DNA of 64,000 bases from the NCBI GenBank assembly GCA_017452785.1, contig JAFTLT010000045.1:757-64756 (forward strand). The letters are read 5' to 3'. Shown one piece after another: positions 10,804 through 20,868 of the stretch. The position numbers were made by a program, and so were the translations under genes. Within the stretch, counting starts at the first letter, position 1; the number at the start of each line of letters is the position of its first letter. The notes under the pieces were generated by a model. That model had not been told where the DNA came from. It worked only from the letters and a program-made list of their open reading frames with translations, and searched no databases. The stretch comes from Clostridia bacterium. Lineage in GTDB: Bacteria; Bacillota; Clostridia; Oscillospirales; Acutalibacteraceae.

Positions 10804-11313
10804 TTATATTCCCTGCCTTATACGAAGATTGTTTGTCATAAGAGAGCCGCTTGCATGTGCGTGACATATTGCCATTGCAAGAGCATCGGCTGTGTCGTCA
10901 GGCTTTGGTACCTTTTCGAGAGCTAAAATTCGTCTTGTCATTTCCTGCACCTGCTTCTTTTCTGCCCTGCCATAGCCAACAACACTTTGCTTTACCTGCA
11001 AGGGTGTGTATTCAAAGGCCTTAACGCCGTTTTTCTGTGCTGCAAGCATAATGACGCCTCTTGCCTGACTGACATCTATAACAGTCTTTGCATTGTTGTT
11101 ATAGAAAAGCTTTTCAATTGCCATTGCTTCGGGGTGATGAAGCTCAATTATACGGCAGAGTCCGTCATAAATTTTTTCAAGTCTTATGTTAAAAGGTGTG
11201 CCCGCATCGGTCAGAATTGCGCCGTAGTCAATGACGGTGAAGTGATTATTTTTATATTCGAGCACTCCGTAACCAACAATTGCATAACCGGGGTCGATAC
11301 CTAAGATAATCAT
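10804..11313 (-). CDS. ruvC: Crossover junction endodeoxyribonuclease RuvC
   Basis: N-terminus MIILGIDPGYAIVGYG and C-terminal motif DAADALAMAICH. Confidence 0.92.
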   Translation of the reverse strand: MIILGIDPGYAIVGYGVLEYKNNHFTVIDYGAILTDAGTPFNIRLEKIYDGLCRIIELHHPEAMAIEKLFYNNNAKTVIDVSQARGVIMLAAQKNGVKAFEYTPLQVKQSVVGYGRAEKKQVQEMTRRILALEKVPKPDDTADALAMAICHAHASGSLMTNNLRIRQGI

Positions 11314-11489
11314 GGCATACTACCTCACTGTAATAATTAATATATTATAGCATAAATTAAGGTTTTGAGCAATAGAAAAGCATAGAAAATTATGAAATGA
11401 GCTGATATTTTATATGTTTTGTGTCTGCGGAAAGTACCGTGACGAGAAAACCAAACAAAAAAGAGGCAGCTTCAAGCCACCTCTGTGAA

Positions 11490-11948
11490 TCATTTTTTCT
11501 TTTTGAAGACAACAAACTTTGAAAAGAAATAGTTTAGCACCACCACAATAACGGCCAGAAGCACCTTGGAAATCATATTTCCGCTGACAGTGAAGCCTGC
11601 TACATCCACGGCAAAAGCCTTCATATTGCAGATGTCAACCAACAGAAAAAGTCCTGCCTCTTCAATGAGGAATGAGAATATTCTTGCTGTGAAAAATGAT
11701 GAAACCTCTTTTGCCACAAGTTTCAGGTTCCAGCTTTTGCTTTCAAAAACGAAAAGCTTATTGGTCACATAGGCAAAAATCACACTGACAAGCCAAGCAA
11801 TAATATTTGACAGCAGATAATACTTCACGCCGAAAAGCATATTGCAAAGCTTATAGGTGACGAAATTCACCAATGTGGTGCCCACACCGAAAACTCCGTA
11901 AACTATCAGCTCTTTATATTTAATTATGAGGTTCTTGATTGTCTTCAT
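11490..11948 (-). CDS. GtrA-family membrane protein
   Basis: 152 aa with 4 TM segments. Overlaps the 3' end of the upstream GT2 gene, the usual GtrA/GtrB arrangement. Confidence 0.7.
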   Translation of the reverse strand: MKTIKNLIIKYKELIVYGVFGVGTTLVNFVTYKLCNMLFGVKYYLLSNIIAWLVSVIFAYVTNKLFVFESKSWNLKLVAKEVSSFFTARIFSFLIEEAGLFLLVDICNMKAFAVDVAGFTVSGNMISKVLLAVIVVVLNYFFSKFVVFKKKK

Positions 11949-12855
11949 AAGTTAAAATCTCTTTTGCAATAAATATTGGTCTGTCTTTAACCTGAGTGTG
12001 CACCTTGCCGAGATATGCACCTATTATACCCTGACTTATGAGTATAAGTCCGCCCACAAAAAGCACTGTTGTGCTCACCTGATAAAAATAGTCGAAGAGG
12101 TTTATGAAGCCTAAAACAACAGATACGGCGAGCATCACCAAGCCAAGATATAAAGGAAATTTGAGAGGCTTATCGGTATAAGCTATAATGCCCTCAAATG
12201 CATAGGCAAGGAGCTTTTTGAAATTCCACTTTGTTTCACCGCTTTCACGCTCTCTGACTTCATAGGGAATTGAAACGGTGTTATACCCTACCCATGAGAA
12301 TATGCCCTTTGAAAAGCGGTGATATTCGGGAAGTGCCACGATTGTGTCAGCAACACACCTTCTCATTGTGCGGAAGTCGCTTGCATCGCTGACAAAGTCT
12401 ATGCCTGACATTTTGCTTATAAGCCCATAAAATTTGCTTTTGCAAAGAGAGATTAGCTTGCCTTCTTTCCTCTCGCTCTGATAGGCGGCAACCATATCGC
12501 AGTCAGGGTCACTGTCAAGTATTTTAGCCATTTCTACGGCGTACTTCGGGTCCTGCTGCAAATCGGCATCAATTATAGTGATATATTCACCCTTAGCCTG
12601 AGTGAAGCCTGCATACATTGCAGCCTCCTTGCCGAAATTGCGTGAGAAGTTAATGACCTTGATATTCATATCCTTGTTTTCACTGAAAATTTCTCTGAGC
12701 TTTTTCGGCGTGCCGTCTTTGCTGCCGTCATTGACAAAGATAATTTCATAGCTATCCGTATAGCTCATCATTGCCTGCTTTGTCTCTTTGAGAAAATTTT
12801 CAACATTGCCCTCTTCATTATAGCAGGGCACAATCAGACTGTGCTTAACTGACAT
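11920..12855 (-). CDS. Family 2 glycosyltransferase (polyprenol-phosphate sugar transferase, GtrB/CsbB-like)
   Basis: Motifs LIVPCYNEEGNV, VNDGSKDGT and IDADLQ (DxD), plus two C-terminal TM segments. Confidence 0.8.
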   Translation of the reverse strand: MSVKHSLIVPCYNEEGNVENFLKETKQAMMSYTDSYEIIFVNDGSKDGTPKKLREIFSENKDMNIKVINFSRNFGKEAAMYAGFTQAKGEYITIIDADLQQDPKYAVEMAKILDSDPDCDMVAAYQSERKEGKLISLCKSKFYGLISKMSGIDFVSDASDFRTMRRCVADTIVALPEYHRFSKGIFSWVGYNTVSIPYEVRERESGETKWNFKKLLAYAFEGIIAYTDKPLKFPLYLGLVMLAVSVVLGFINLFDYFYQVSTTVLFVGGLILISQGIIGAYLGKVHTQVKDRPIFIAKEILTYEDNQEPHN

Positions 12856-12867
12856 AGGAAATCTCCT

Positions 12868-14190
12868 TTATTTACCGTCACGTTCTCTTATAACAAACTT
12901 TGTTGGGGTACCCTCAAGACCGAAAACCTCTCTTATCTGATTGTCAAGATAACGCTGATAGCTGTAATGGAACAGCTCTTTGCTGTTGACAAAGCAAACA
13001 AATGTAGGCGGTCTTGTTGATGCCTGAGTCATATAGTAAATTTTCAGTCTCTTTCCCTTATCTGTCGGCGGCTGTACTCGTGCCGTAGCAGCAGCTAAAA
13101 CATCGTTAAGCTTACCTGTTGAAATACGCATGGAGTTTTGCTCGTCAACATATTTGATAAGCTCAAAAAGTCTGTCGAGTCTCTGACCTGTTTTGGCAGA
13201 AATAAAGATAATGGGAGCATATGACATAAATGAGAAGTCATTCATCAGCTTCTTTCTGTAGCTGTCCATTGTCTTGCCGTCTTTTTCGAGGGCATCCCAT
13301 TTATTGACAGCTATAATGCAAGCCTTGCCCATTTCGTGAGCTATGCCCGCAACCTTGCTGTCCTGCTCAGTGAAGCCTTCAACAGCGTCTATCATAATAA
13401 CGCAGACGCTTGCTCTTTCAACAGCCATTTTTGCTCTGATAACTGAATATTTTTCAATCTGGTCCTCAACCTTGCTTTTTCTTCTGAGACCTGCAGTGTC
13501 AATAAACATAAAATCGCCGTGCTCATTGGAAATGAAGGTATCGGTTGCATCTCTTGTGGTGCCTGCAATATTTGAAACAATTGCTCTTTCCTCACCTGAA
13601 ATTGCGTTTATAAGTGAGGATTTGCCCACATTAGGCTTGCCGATAACGGCAACCTTGATTGTGGTGTCATCCTCTTGTTCCTCTTCTTCCTCAGGCAGAT
13701 ACTGCAAAACAGCATCAAGCAAATCACCTGTGCCGTGACCGTGAACAGACGAAACAGCTATGGGGTCGCCAAGACCTAAGTTATAAAACTCATAAAATTC
13801 CATTTCGGGCTCGCCGACCTTATCGCACTTGTTAACACAAAGCACAATAGGCTTATTGCTTTTAAGCAGCATAGCAGCCACATCCTCGTCAGTTGCAACA
13901 ACGCCTGTGCGGAGGTCTGTAACGAGAATGATAACATCGGCAGAGTCTATAGCAAGCTGAGCCTGACGGCGCATCTGCTTTAAAATTATATCGTCTGAGT
14001 GGGGTTCAATACCACCCGTATCTATTAAGAGAAAATGTCTTGACAGCCATTCACAGTCACCGTAAATTCTGTCTCTTGTAACACCGGGGGTATCATCAAC
14101 TATTGACAGACGCTGACCGATAAGCTTGTTAAAAAGTGTAGACTTACCTACATTGGGTCTGCCTACAATTGCAACAATTGGTCTTGCCAT
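12868..14190 (-). CDS. der: Ribosome biogenesis GTPase Der (EngA)
   Basis: Two G domains (GRPNVGKST and GKPNVGKSS) followed by a KH-like C-terminus. ATG at 14190 follows GAAGGTG. Confidence 0.93.
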   Translation of the reverse strand: MARPIVAIVGRPNVGKSTLFNKLIGQRLSIVDDTPGVTRDRIYGDCEWLSRHFLLIDTGGIEPHSDDIILKQMRRQAQLAIDSADVIILVTDLRTGVVATDEDVAAMLLKSNKPIVLCVNKCDKVGEPEMEFYEFYNLGLGDPIAVSSVHGHGTGDLLDAVLQYLPEEEEEQEDDTTIKVAVIGKPNVGKSSLINAISGEERAIVSNIAGTTRDATDTFISNEHGDFMFIDTAGLRRKSKVEDQIEKYSVIRAKMAVERASVCVIMIDAVEGFTEQDSKVAGIAHEMGKACIIAVNKWDALEKDGKTMDSYRKKLMNDFSFMSYAPIIFISAKTGQRLDRLFELIKYVDEQNSMRISTGKLNDVLAAATARVQPPTDKGKRLKIYYMTQASTRPPTFVCFVNSKELFHYSYQRYLDNQIREVFGLEGTPTKFVIRERDGK

Positions 14191-14211
14191 TTCTTTCACC
14201 TTCTTTTTTTA

Positions 14212-15513
14212 TTATTTCCCCATCATGGAGTAAAATAAATCCTGACCTGTGCAGTCATTGACCTTTAAATGCACACCCAGTGCCCTTTCCACATCAGCAG
14301 TGCTGACATTGTCAAGAAAAAGGTCGCCTTCGCTTCTTAGCATAACGCAGGGAATTGCAAGACTGTCAGCTAAATCCTTATCCTTGAGCTGATTGATAAG
14401 GTCTTTACCCGTAATAAGGCCTGCAACGGTTATGCTGTGACCAAAAAAGTCATTTTTTATTTCATAAACATCTATTTTACTTTTATTATACTTTTTTTCA
14501 AAAACTTCTGCAAGCTCTTTTATAAGAGGATATGCGGCAACTCCCGTTGCAGCACTCACATGACTTTCAGGGTCATTTTCCTTGCAGTTTTCAATTTCAC
14601 AAAGGAACTCATCCTTAAGAGAAGTCCACATTCCTACACCGTTTTCAATCTGGCAGTAGGTTTCGTAATATTCGCCCTCAGGCATTTTCCTTTGAGCTTT
14701 TAAGTAAAACTCATCGGCAGCGTACACAAGCCTTGTGCCGTATTGCTCTTTGAATTTTTCACCGCATTCGTCGATTATGTCAATGACTTCTCCTGCTGTT
14801 TCTTTATCGTACTGAGGCATATCAAAAAGACCTTCACGGTATTTTGTGACACCCACGGGTACACAGGCAATGCTCTGAAGACAAGGGCAAAGCTCAGAGA
14901 GCTTATCAAGAGAATAACGAAGCTCATCCCCATCATTTATGCCGGGACACAGCACAAGCTGAGTGTTTATGGCAATGCCGTTTTGCGCAAGGCGATGAAG
15001 GATGTCAAGACTGCTGCCTGCGTTTTTATTTTTCATCATTCTCACACGAAGCTCTTTATTCATAGTGTGAACGCTGACATTAACAGGACTAATGTGCATT
15101 TCGATAATTTTTTCAATATCACGCTCACTGAGATTAGTCAGTGTGATATAGTTGCCGAAAAGGAAGGACAGACGGGAATCGTCATCCTTGAAATAAATCG
15201 ACTCACGAAGCCCTTTGGGATTTTGATCAATAAAGCAGAAAATGCATTTGTTTTTGCAGTGTCTTTCCTTATCCATAAGATAAGTTTCAAAGGTGAGTCC
15301 CAAATCCTCATCCTCATCTTTATTTACCCAAGTTGCCTTAGTTTTTCCGTCTCTTTCATAAACAACACTTATACGGCTGCTTTTAGTGTAAAACTGATAA
15401 TCAAGAAAGTCTGTTATCTCATGTCCTGATATTTTAACAAGACAGTCCCCTGCTTTCAAGCCTTTCTTGTCAGCAGGTGAAAACTTTATAACATCTTTAA
15501 TTAAAACAGACAT
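14212..15513 (-). CDS. PDZ plus radical-SAM-like DUF512 protein
   Basis: N-terminal PDZ-like segment (KKGLKAGDCLVKISG) and Cys triad CKNKCIFC (Cx3Cx2C). Sits next to der. Confidence 0.7.
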   Translation of the reverse strand: MSVLIKDVIKFSPADKKGLKAGDCLVKISGHEITDFLDYQFYTKSSRISVVYERDGKTKATWVNKDEDEDLGLTFETYLMDKERHCKNKCIFCFIDQNPKGLRESIYFKDDDSRLSFLFGNYITLTNLSERDIEKIIEMHISPVNVSVHTMNKELRVRMMKNKNAGSSLDILHRLAQNGIAINTQLVLCPGINDGDELRYSLDKLSELCPCLQSIACVPVGVTKYREGLFDMPQYDKETAGEVIDIIDECGEKFKEQYGTRLVYAADEFYLKAQRKMPEGEYYETYCQIENGVGMWTSLKDEFLCEIENCKENDPESHVSAATGVAAYPLIKELAEVFEKKYNKSKIDVYEIKNDFFGHSITVAGLITGKDLINQLKDKDLADSLAIPCVMLRSEGDLFLDNVSTADVERALGVHLKVNDCTGQDLFYSMMGK

Positions 15514-15591
15514 AAAATAACTCTCCTTTCTTTTTCATAAGTAAAAAAGGCAGAAAAGCATGCCGCTTCTCCACCTCTCAAGTTCAAAGGC

Positions 15592-15777
15592 TTAGTCTTC
15601 GTCCTTAACAACAACCTGCTTGCCCTTGTAATAGCCGCATTCACCGCAAACCTTGTGGGGTACAGTGTATGCACCACACTGCTTGCATCTTACAAGTGTG
15701 GGAGCTTCAAGCTTCCATACATTTGAACGTCTCTTGTCTCTTCTTGCCTTTGATACTCTTCTCTTTGGTACTGCCAT
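15592..15777 (-). CDS. rpmF: 50S ribosomal protein L32
   Basis: N-terminus MAVPKRRVSKARRDKRR and the CxxC...CxxC zinc knuckle. Confidence 0.95.
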   Translation of the reverse strand: MAVPKRRVSKARRDKRRSNVWKLEAPTLVRCKQCGAYTVPHKVCGECGYYKGKQVVVKDED

Positions 15778-15817
15778 CTTCCAGCACCTCCTTTTATAAT
15801 ATTCGTCTTAAACTTAC

Positions 15818-16312
15818 TTATTCGTCCAAAAGACCTAACAGAACCTCGAAACGGGGATCTATGTCTTTTTTGCATGAGCACGGACCTTCATTTAAGTTTG
15901 CACCGCACTTTGAGCAAAGCCCCTTGCAATCATCGTCACAAAGAATTTTACTCGGCAGAGCAAAGTAAATGTCTTCTAAAGTGAGTCTCTCAATATCCAG
16001 CTTCATATCCTCAACTATGATATATTCATCAGTCTCGTCATTCTGAAGCTCAGTTACGAGAATATGCTCTATGGGAACTTCCATATCAAGTTCAAGCTCC
16101 TCAGCGCATCTGCTGCAATCAACATCCATGCTGAAAGTAGCCACAGCTTTAACCGTTACAATCTCGGCAACATTTTCGATTTTTCCCTGAAGCTTAACAG
16201 GTGTCGTGAATGGAAACACACCATCAATTTCTTCTTTAGAAAAGTCGAAATCAAACTCAAGAGGTATTTCGGTTATACCGCCGTTAAACAGATTTTCAAG
16301 TTCAATAAACAT
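15818..16312 (-). CDS. yceD: YceD/DUF177 family protein
   Basis: Acidic 164-aa protein with a C-terminal Cys cluster (CDDDCKGLCSKCGANLNEGPCSC), immediately upstream of rpmF. Confidence 0.85.
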   Translation of the reverse strand: MFIELENLFNGGITEIPLEFDFDFSKEEIDGVFPFTTPVKLQGKIENVAEIVTVKAVATFSMDVDCSRCAEELELDMEVPIEHILVTELQNDETDEYIIVEDMKLDIERLTLEDIYFALPSKILCDDDCKGLCSKCGANLNEGPCSCKKDIDPRFEVLLGLLDE

Positions 16313-16400
16313 AACTCACCTCATATTAACGAATAACATTATATAGATATCACTTCAATTTGTCAATAAAAAACCATAAAATTACTTTAAAATTTTTTCT

Positions 16401-19400
16401 TTACTTGGTTTTAACACTGATTACCGAAGAATTATAACCCGTATAATCCTTGTCGTTCACCGTTCTAATGGCTCTGACCTTAAATTTATACTGAGTTTTT
16501 TTGGAAAGTCCCGTTACTGTGAAGCTGTTCTTTTCAGATGTTCCTGCTAAAATGTATGAGCCGTTTTCACCCGAATAATATGAAATCTCATAGTATGTGG
16601 CACCGCTGACCTTATTCCACGAAAGAGCAACCTTTGACGATGTTGCAGAGGTGCTTTTCAGCCCCGTTACCTTTGCAGGGTCAGTGCTGAATTTATAAAC
16701 CGAGGAATAACTGCCCTTGGAGAGCACCTTGGAATCCTTTAACACTGCGCTCATTATTTTATAAGCATAGGTTTTGCCTGCAGTAAGATTTTTAAATGTG
16801 TAGCTTCTGTCAGCAGTTTTAGCCACTTGCACATATTTTTTTGAAGCGGAATCATAACGGTAGATATAGTAGTAGTTTGCACCCACTGCAGCAGGCCATG
16901 AAAGCTTCTGGGTTTTATCCGTTACGCTTGACAGAGTAATCTTACTGACCTTGGCAGGCTTGAGGGTTGCAGTGACAGAAGCCATACTACCCTTTCTTGT
17001 GCCGGTGCTGAGTTTGATATATGCTCTGACAGTGAACTTATATGTTGCACCCTGACGAAGACCTGTCAGCTTATATGAAGTGCCTGTGACTGTCTTCTGA
17101 AGATCATATTTTCCGTCTTCATAGATATAAACATTATAGCAGTCAGCGTTTTTGACTTCATCCCACTTAAGAGTGACGGATGTGGTAGAAGGTGAAGCGG
17201 TAAAGTTTCTGACTTTATCGGGCAGTGTTGTTGCACCTACTTCAGCTGAAAGAGAACTTTCCACTGTCTTTTTGCCAACCTTATAAACTGCACTGACCTT
17301 ATAATAAGCAACATCGCCATATGTCAGACCGCTGACACTGTAATAGTTATTTTTTGTTGAAAGTATCTTTTCGTAGCTGCTGCCGTTTTTGCGATAAACA
17401 TTATAGCTTGCTGCCCCTGAGATTTTTGCCCATATGAGCTTATATGAGGTTGCCTTGACACTGCTGAGAGTGAAATCCTTAGGCACACCGTAGGCTGTTG
17501 TAACATTGACGGTATCCGACAGTTCTGAGTGATAGACTTCACCGTAAATTTCACCGTAACACGAAACAGCAAACTTATATTTCGTTGCCATTGTGAGAGA
17601 TTTTACAGTAGCTTCGTTTTTCTCGGACTCTGCCGCCTTCACATAGTCTTTCTTTTCCCTGTCATAGACATAAACTATATAGCCTGATGCCTTTTTATTT
17701 TCTGCCCATTTAAGAGTAACCTCATCATCTTTAATTGTAGCCGCTCTTAAATCTTCAGCCTTTTCTGGCAATGTCACAACACTGATTTCATCGCTCAATG
17801 CACCCACAATAGTGTTGTTATCACTTTTTGCCACAGCAGCAACCTTGAATTTATACTGTGTGAACTGACTGAGTGACTCAAATGAGCATGACACGGCAGT
17901 GTACTCATCATAGAGCTTATATTCACCGTCTTCATAAAGATAAAGATTATATAAATCGGCTCCGCCTGCCTTATTCCAGCTGAGCTTAGCCTGAGAGCTT
18001 GTGATGTTTTCAGCCTTAAGACCCTTTACGGTTTCAGGTGAGGTCATTGCATATATTTCCTTTGTGTAATCTGAAACATCTGCACCGCAGACTGCAGCCA
18101 CCTTATAGGCATTTTCTGCACCGGGTGAAAGAGATGAAATAATATAGCTTGTGCCTTTAACGGTTGCCAGCTTCTGCCACTTTCCGTCTTTTAATGTCAG
18201 CACATTGTATTCCTTAGCATCCTTTACGCTCTCCCAAGAAAGAGTATATCCGTCTGTTTTTATGCCGGAAACGGTGAATTCCTCAGGCACGGTAAGTCTT
18301 GATTTAGGTGTAACCTTATCTGAATATGCACCGTAAACTGACTTGCTGCCGTTTTTAATATATGCCCTGACACAGTAGGAGTCATACTTCAGGTCTTCAA
18401 AGACCACTTCATATTTACTTTCTTCACTGCTTATTTTTGCAAGCTTTGTGTATTTTTTGCTTTCGCTGTCATAGCCATAAACAAGGTACCCTTCACATTT
18501 TGACACCTTAGTCCATGAAATTTCAGCACCGCCACCCGAATACATCATTTCCGCCTTCTCAATGGCATAGGGCTTCGTTGCAGTTATTACCGATGTGCTT
18601 TGCGAGTGTGCACCGCTTTCTGTTACAATTTTCATTGCAACGGTAAAGATTTCTGCATTTGCAACATTCTTGAAGCTGTAAGAGGTTTTCGTCGTATTTA
18701 CAGATGTTATATTTCCTTTTGAGTCGCTGACAGAATAAATATATTCCTTGGCCTTGTCAGACGAGCCTGCTGTGACTTTGAGAGTTTCAGTATAGGCGGT
18801 AACTTCGGGAGTACCAACAGCAGGATCACTGTCTGTAACAGTGTATTTAACAACATCCACCCTGCCAACGGAATCGTATGTAGTAAGATAAACAGTGCCT
18901 TTTTTAAGGAACTTGACCTCACTGTCTGATTTTACCTTTGCGACAGAAGAATCGGATGAAATTATGCCGAGATTAGTGTTTGCACCCTTGTGATAGGTAA
19001 GCTTATATGTTCCTGTGGGCACACTTGTTGAGCTTGTGTAACTGACAAAGCTCTCAGGCACGTAGCCCTCGTAGGCCTTGCCGTCTCTTGTGAAGCCGAT
19101 CTTGACCCAATGAGGATATTTCAGTATGTTAGCATAATAGTCACTGTCTGTGAAGGTTTTGGATATTACTTTGACCGAAGCGCCCTTTGACAGCTGAACA
19201 GCGTTGCCCGAAGCATCTGTAAGTTTAGCATTACCTGTGGAGGGACCTGTGCGCACATTGCAGTTTGATGTGGTTGCAATTTCGGCTGTCTGCGCCACGC
19301 TGTCGGCATTGGCAGCAAATTCAGTGTTAATATCCGAAGACGGCATATTATTAAAAACAGGAATCGAAAAAACATACTTCTCATAAAGTTTGCCTGTTTT

Positions 19401-20390
19401 TGCATAGGCAGTGTAGCTTGTATAACCCTGAGAAAGTGCACCTGTAACATTTGTCATATACTGATGCAGATAAAGTGAACCTGTTGCCTTATTGACATTG
19501 AATTTTTGCAGATAGCCTGTAAACTGGCCACGGTCAATGTAGCCCTCGGTTATATATTTTGCACCGCCGACAATTGACTTTTCAGGTGTGTCCCAAGGTC
19601 TGCCGTAGGTTGTTGCCGTGCCGTTTTCACCGCCGTTTGCCCATGCAAGGCCTCTTGTTATGGCACCGGCACCGTCTGTGGCACCTATGTTATAAAAATT
19701 ATAAATACCGGGATAAACCGAATGTGTGCCCGAAACACTTGCACTGCCTTCCGAACCCACTTCATTCCTTATTTTGGACGCAAGATAGCAGGGATTGACA
19801 TTATTCTGTCTTCCCGCCTCTAAAATCACTTCACTGTATTTTTTGTCGGTTTCAACGAGCTCTCCCTCAGCATTATAGTATGTAATTATTTTGTCAGCCA
19901 TAAAGGTGCCTTTGATAACACTCTCAACATCCTCAGCGGTGAAAGCATCGCTGAAGGTAAGCTGCTCAAACTGAAAAATACCTTCTTCATTGAGAAAGTT
20001 TCTCGGATCCATAAAATATTCAACAGCAAGACGGTTTGCCGTAACAAAGCCGCCATCTTTATAGATGAACTTATCCTCAGCGGCATTATAGTGCCCCGGC
20101 TCTCTGCTTTTAAGGCTGTTGTTTGAAGCACTGTTATCAACGAGGTTTTTTGTTCCGTATTCGTTGTCAATAACAGTTTTCCAGTCAAGCTCAGTCTCAA
20201 AGGGTACAAAGACCCATGTGGGATATTTTTCGTGCAGCTGTCTGAGATATGGCTTATAGCTCTCAGGGAAAGAGGCTATGCTGCTCTCAAAGGGGTCATC
20301 TGCACTAAGAGCACAAAAACACAGAGCTGTGCTCAAAATAAGAGTCAGCAGTGCCGTCAATATAAACTTTTTGTTTTTCATGTTGTTCAT
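16401..20390 (-). CDS. Secreted cell-wall hydrolase: GH73 N-acetylglucosaminidase domain, SH3b-like domain, and about nine fibronectin type III repeats
   Basis: Signal peptide and a glucosaminidase-like block (NVNPCYLASKIRNEVGSEG...YNFYNIGA...FTGYLQKFNV). This is followed by iterated ~88-aa W..V.GA.GY.VY-type Fn3 modules. Confidence 0.75.
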   Translation of the reverse strand: MNNMKNKKFILTALLTLILSTALCFCALSADDPFESSIASFPESYKPYLRQLHEKYPTWVFVPFETELDWKTVIDNEYGTKNLVDNSASNNSLKSREPGHYNAAEDKFIYKDGGFVTANRLAVEYFMDPRNFLNEEGIFQFEQLTFSDAFTAEDVESVIKGTFMADKIITYYNAEGELVETDKKYSEVILEAGRQNNVNPCYLASKIRNEVGSEGSASVSGTHSVYPGIYNFYNIGATDGAGAITRGLAWANGGENGTATTYGRPWDTPEKSIVGGAKYITEGYIDRGQFTGYLQKFNVNKATGSLYLHQYMTNVTGALSQGYTSYTAYAKTGKLYEKYVFSIPVFNNMPSSDINTEFAANADSVAQTAEIATTSNCNVRTGPSTGNAKLTDASGNAVQLSKGASVKVISKTFTDSDYYANILKYPHWVKIGFTRDGKAYEGYVPESFVSYTSSTSVPTGTYKLTYHKGANTNLGIISSDSSVAKVKSDSEVKFLKKGTVYLTTYDSVGRVDVVKYTVTDSDPAVGTPEVTAYTETLKVTAGSSDKAKEYIYSVSDSKGNITSVNTTKTSYSFKNVANAEIFTVAMKIVTESGAHSQSTSVITATKPYAIEKAEMMYSGGGAEISWTKVSKCEGYLVYGYDSESKKYTKLAKISSEESKYEVVFEDLKYDSYCVRAYIKNGSKSVYGAYSDKVTPKSRLTVPEEFTVSGIKTDGYTLSWESVKDAKEYNVLTLKDGKWQKLATVKGTSYIISSLSPGAENAYKVAAVCGADVSDYTKEIYAMTSPETVKGLKAENITSSQAKLSWNKAGGADLYNLYLYEDGEYKLYDEYTAVSCSFESLSQFTQYKFKVAAVAKSDNNTIVGALSDEISVVTLPEKAEDLRAATIKDDEVTLKWAENKKASGYIVYVYDREKKDYVKAAESEKNEATVKSLTMATKYKFAVSCYGEIYGEVYHSELSDTVNVTTAYGVPKDFTLSSVKATSYKLIWAKISGAASYNVYRKNGSSYEKILSTKNNYYSVSGLTYGDVAYYKVSAVYKVGKKTVESSLSAEVGATTLPDKVRNFTASPSTTSVTLKWDEVKNADCYNVYIYEDGKYDLQKTVTGTSYKLTGLRQGATYKFTVRAYIKLSTGTRKGSMASVTATLKPAKVSKITLSSVTDKTQKLSWPAAVGANYYYIYRYDSASKKYVQVAKTADRSYTFKNLTAGKTYAYKIMSAVLKDSKVLSKGSYSSVYKFSTDPAKVTGLKSTSATSSKVALSWNKVSGATYYEISYYSGENGSYILAGTSEKNSFTVTGLSKKTQYKFKVRAIRTVNDKDYTGYNSSVISVKTK

Positions 20391-20394
20391 AATA

Positions 20395-20745
20395 TTAATC
20401 CTTTATTTCCGGGTTTTGAGCTTCCTCCTCTTTATCAAGAAGCTCCTCTATTTTATTTAAGATTCCTTCAAGCCTGTCTGCCGTCATAGCAAGCTTTTCT
20501 GCATCCGCATTATTCAAGTCATCCAAAATCTCTGCATGTTCAGCACCGAAAACAGTTTCCTGCTGTTTCTCTGCGGTATTCTCAAACTCATCTATTTTCC
20601 TAATAAGGTCATAGATTTCTTTTTCGCTTTGCTGTCTGTAAGCATAAAACTCATTGTGAAGCATTGCAATATATTCCATAACATCTTTTGTGTTAAAGCC
20701 AAAAAGTGCTTTTCTGAAATTTCCTGTGTTTTCCATATTTCTCAC
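20395..20745 (-). CDS. DivIVA-domain protein (short)
   Basis: N-terminal FRKALFGFNTKDVMEYI resembles the DivIVA lipid-binding domain motif. The remainder looks like a coiled coil. Confidence 0.55.
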   Translation of the reverse strand: MRNMENTGNFRKALFGFNTKDVMEYIAMLHNEFYAYRQQSEKEIYDLIRKIDEFENTAEKQQETVFGAEHAEILDDLNNADAEKLAMTADRLEGILNKIEELLDKEEEAQNPEIKD

Positions 20746-20868
20746 ATTCCTTTAAATACAATCTCAAAATATACCATTTTAATTTTACCAAAAAAAACAG
20801 ATAATTGCAACCATATTGAAAAATTAGAGCATAATGTGTATAATTTGTAATAAGTGAGGTGACTATTT

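Noticed and set aside
11339-11385. A near-identical motif ATATATTATAGCATAAA-N7-TTTGAGCAATAGAAAA upstream of ruvC, also found upstream of lepA at 55141-55187
   Set aside because: On the minus strand both read as ordinary sigma-A promoters (TTGCTC, 17-nt spacer, TG-n-TATAAT) with the genome-typical CTATTG(A/C) -35 context. This is a shared promoter style rather than a distinct element. A common regulator cannot be excluded.
14743-15429. 228-aa ORF on the plus strand
   Set aside because: It is antisense to the DUF512/PDZ radical-SAM-like gene, whose frame carries clear motifs. There is no SD or promoter, and the composition is that of an AT-rich shadow ORF.
16401-20390. A DNA-level tandem repeat or CRISPR-like periodicity in the Fn3 region
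   Set aside because: The repeats are visible only at the protein level (~88-aa modules). The nucleotide sequences are diverged and there are no short identical direct repeats with spacers. No CRISPR array exists anywhere in the window.
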